Positions 61,912 to 64,000 of a stretch of DNA of 64,000 nt are shown piece by piece. Both the position numbers and the translations under genes were made by a program. This DNA is from Takakia lepidozioides (lineage: Eukaryota > Plantae > Bryophyta), in assembly GCA_030704615.1 (NCBI GenBank), contig CM060731.1, forward strand, positions 14,012,001 through 14,076,000, written 5' to 3'. Every line of letters starts with the position of its first letter. Position 1 is the first letter of the stretch. The notes under the pieces were generated by a model that was given only the letters and a program-made list of their open reading frames with translations, made no database searches and was not told where the DNA came from.

Positions 61912-64000
61912 TACCCAGTGTTAGACTGATGCCAGTAAATGCATTCAGAAACTAAGCAGAACTAGCAGTGGTCGAGGCACAAGGCTGTTTGACAACGTCT
62001 AACAGAGACGGTAACTGCAATTCGAAGCCAAGTGCTACCCAACCCGTGTACACTTATGTACATATCAGATGAATATAGGCAGAGTCGACAGATTTGAAAA
62101 CATCTGAAGAGGCCTGAAGAAGGTCCCCCAGAGATGATCTCAGGATTTTAGTGGGCCACGTACATTTATCAGGGGGAAAATGTAAATGACCACCCTCTAG
62201 GCCCCCTTTTAAGTATTTTGAAATTTGAACAATGAGTGCTTTGCTCTACATACATTCCAATGGCTTGTTAGATCGCACTCGTGCGAGACTAAGGACTAGC
62301 AGCAAGCAAATTTGTAATCGTCCTGATGTTGTCCGGGCTGCACAATATTCCTGGGTGATGAGTGTATGTGCACTTTTCGAAAAAGTCTGAATAAAGGACA
62401 GCAAGGTTGATCGCGCATGACTCAATGTGGGTCCCCAAGCGCAGTTCATGCAATCTATCGAGTTGTATTCATCCATGAATATAACCGTCCAGATCCTATC
62501 AGATATGTACAGGCTTGTATATATAAGCAAGTGCATAAATTACATTTCATGCCTCTCATATCCTCCCTAAGAGGCATTCACTTTTGAGTCCTACAATAGA
62601 GTTTTTCCCTACAGAGTGGCGATCTGCCAGGATGACCAGCTACCTGCAGCTAGGATTTCGACCACTAAACACAAACACCAGCCTGGAACCAAGTACAACA
62701 ATGAGGCAACCTCACTATCGCTAAGCAGCAGCTGAGATTCACTGATGTAGTTGCTTCTACTGGCATGCAGGCTCCGAAGAAATCGGCTAGCTCAAAGTAA
62801 TGTTCGATATTTAATTTTTCGAGACTGTTGATTTCTGCCACACTATGCTGAACACACTGTGCACTGTTTTAGTTGATATGAGCTCTTTCATACTACCTTC
62901 AATTCTTCTCAATCGTTGTATGTAAGGTTACCTATACCAATCACCCTGCAGAGCTTTTTAATGGGTAAATCTCTTCAACTCACCATCACGATGAGGATCA
63001 AACTCGCAATTTAACTGGACTTTCTACTCTGACTGCTGAAGGTTTTGGCTTCTGACTTGCGACCGAGTTTTGACCATGGCCACTAAACAATGCATAAACA
63101 AGTCTGGTCAGGAGGTCGTGGTATGGACAAGTGCAGAGGTTGACGCGCTGTGAATGGCACTCCTCGTCTTATAGTCGTGCACATGTGAATTGATCATGAA
63201 GACAAGTGTCACTATGGCTGCAACTTTAGTAGACAATTGTCAAAACATGCGGACAACAGTAGAGAATTGGAGATTTGACAGTTTTCACTTACATTTCTAA
63301 GAAGGTGCAGAGCAGAAGGGCATTGTCACTTGACACGCAGAATAACATACTGACTGTCCGCTCGCAAATGAGTTTCAACAAGTTTCTTTGCTTAGATGTA
63401 ATGTGCAGTCATGGATAACATTCCTTCTCTTCTCAGTAGACACCAGTTGCAGAACGCATGTATCTTGACATACATTGTTGAAACTCCAAAGTCGACAAAC
63501 CCAGAGAGGAAGCACAGAATCAAAGAGACATTATATAACCTACAAAAAGCTTACCTACACATAATATTGAAATGATATGTACAAAATCTGCACTTGATAC
63601 ACTCATTATTGGATCAACTAATCGCCTTTCGAGCATCCATCTTTGTATGGGTTCTGATGCTTTCAAAAAATGTGTAGCGAGGGTGTATTGTACCTAGGGT
63701 TTAAAATGAATTGTTCGTCACTGAAGTATGTGTGAAGAAGTTACACAGCATAAGTTTGCTGCAAATCAATGGGTGACGGATCAATATGGAAGGACTGCTT
63801 ACTGCCGGGAAATCCAAGCTAATATGATCCGATATGCTTCAGGTAGTTTGGATTTGTGATAGGCTGGTTGTAGAACTCTTCTTCAGAGAGTCGATAACTG
63901 GGTGAATAAGACTGGCTGGGTCTGTACTCGCTGGGGTAATGCTCTGTCCTATACTCACTGGGATGGTAAGCCTCTCCTGTTCTCATATGTTCTCTTGGAG

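Noticed and set aside
62000-64000. Terminal 2 kb
   Set aside because: No convincing ORF, RNA gene or repeat structure recognised.

Overview
Eukaryotic land-plant genomic DNA with spliceosomal introns. The transposon types suggest a non-seed plant, but the species cannot be determined. Host genes: (1) the 3' part of a subgroup IIIf (TT8/GL3-like) bHLH factor; (2) a convergent homogentisate phytyltransferase; (3) a type II metacaspase with a much enlarged repetitive linker; (4) an intronless bacterial-type YnfA membrane protein; (5) a head-to-head pair of HMA-domain genes. A 17.4 kb nested retroelement stack lies at 13.7-31.1 kb: an outer Copia with TA..TA LTR ends and a half-tRNA primer site, containing a second Copia, LINE and gene fragments, and a chromovirus. 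A TTAA-flanked piggyBac-like element sits just before it. The main finding is an 11.3 kb Mutator-type DNA transposon (39689-51025, 9-bp TSD GGAAGGCGG). It encodes a GCM-like/DDE/SWIM transposase and, divergently, an apparently intact 9-exon gene (~1084 aa) fusing a ParB/Srx-like domain to a prokaryote-type beta-class N6A/N4C DNA methyltransferase fold. Two introns of that gene carry arrays of a 22-bp palindrome. This may be a transposon-borne DNA-modification or anti-silencing system. All domain calls are by eye from motifs; no database searches were run.
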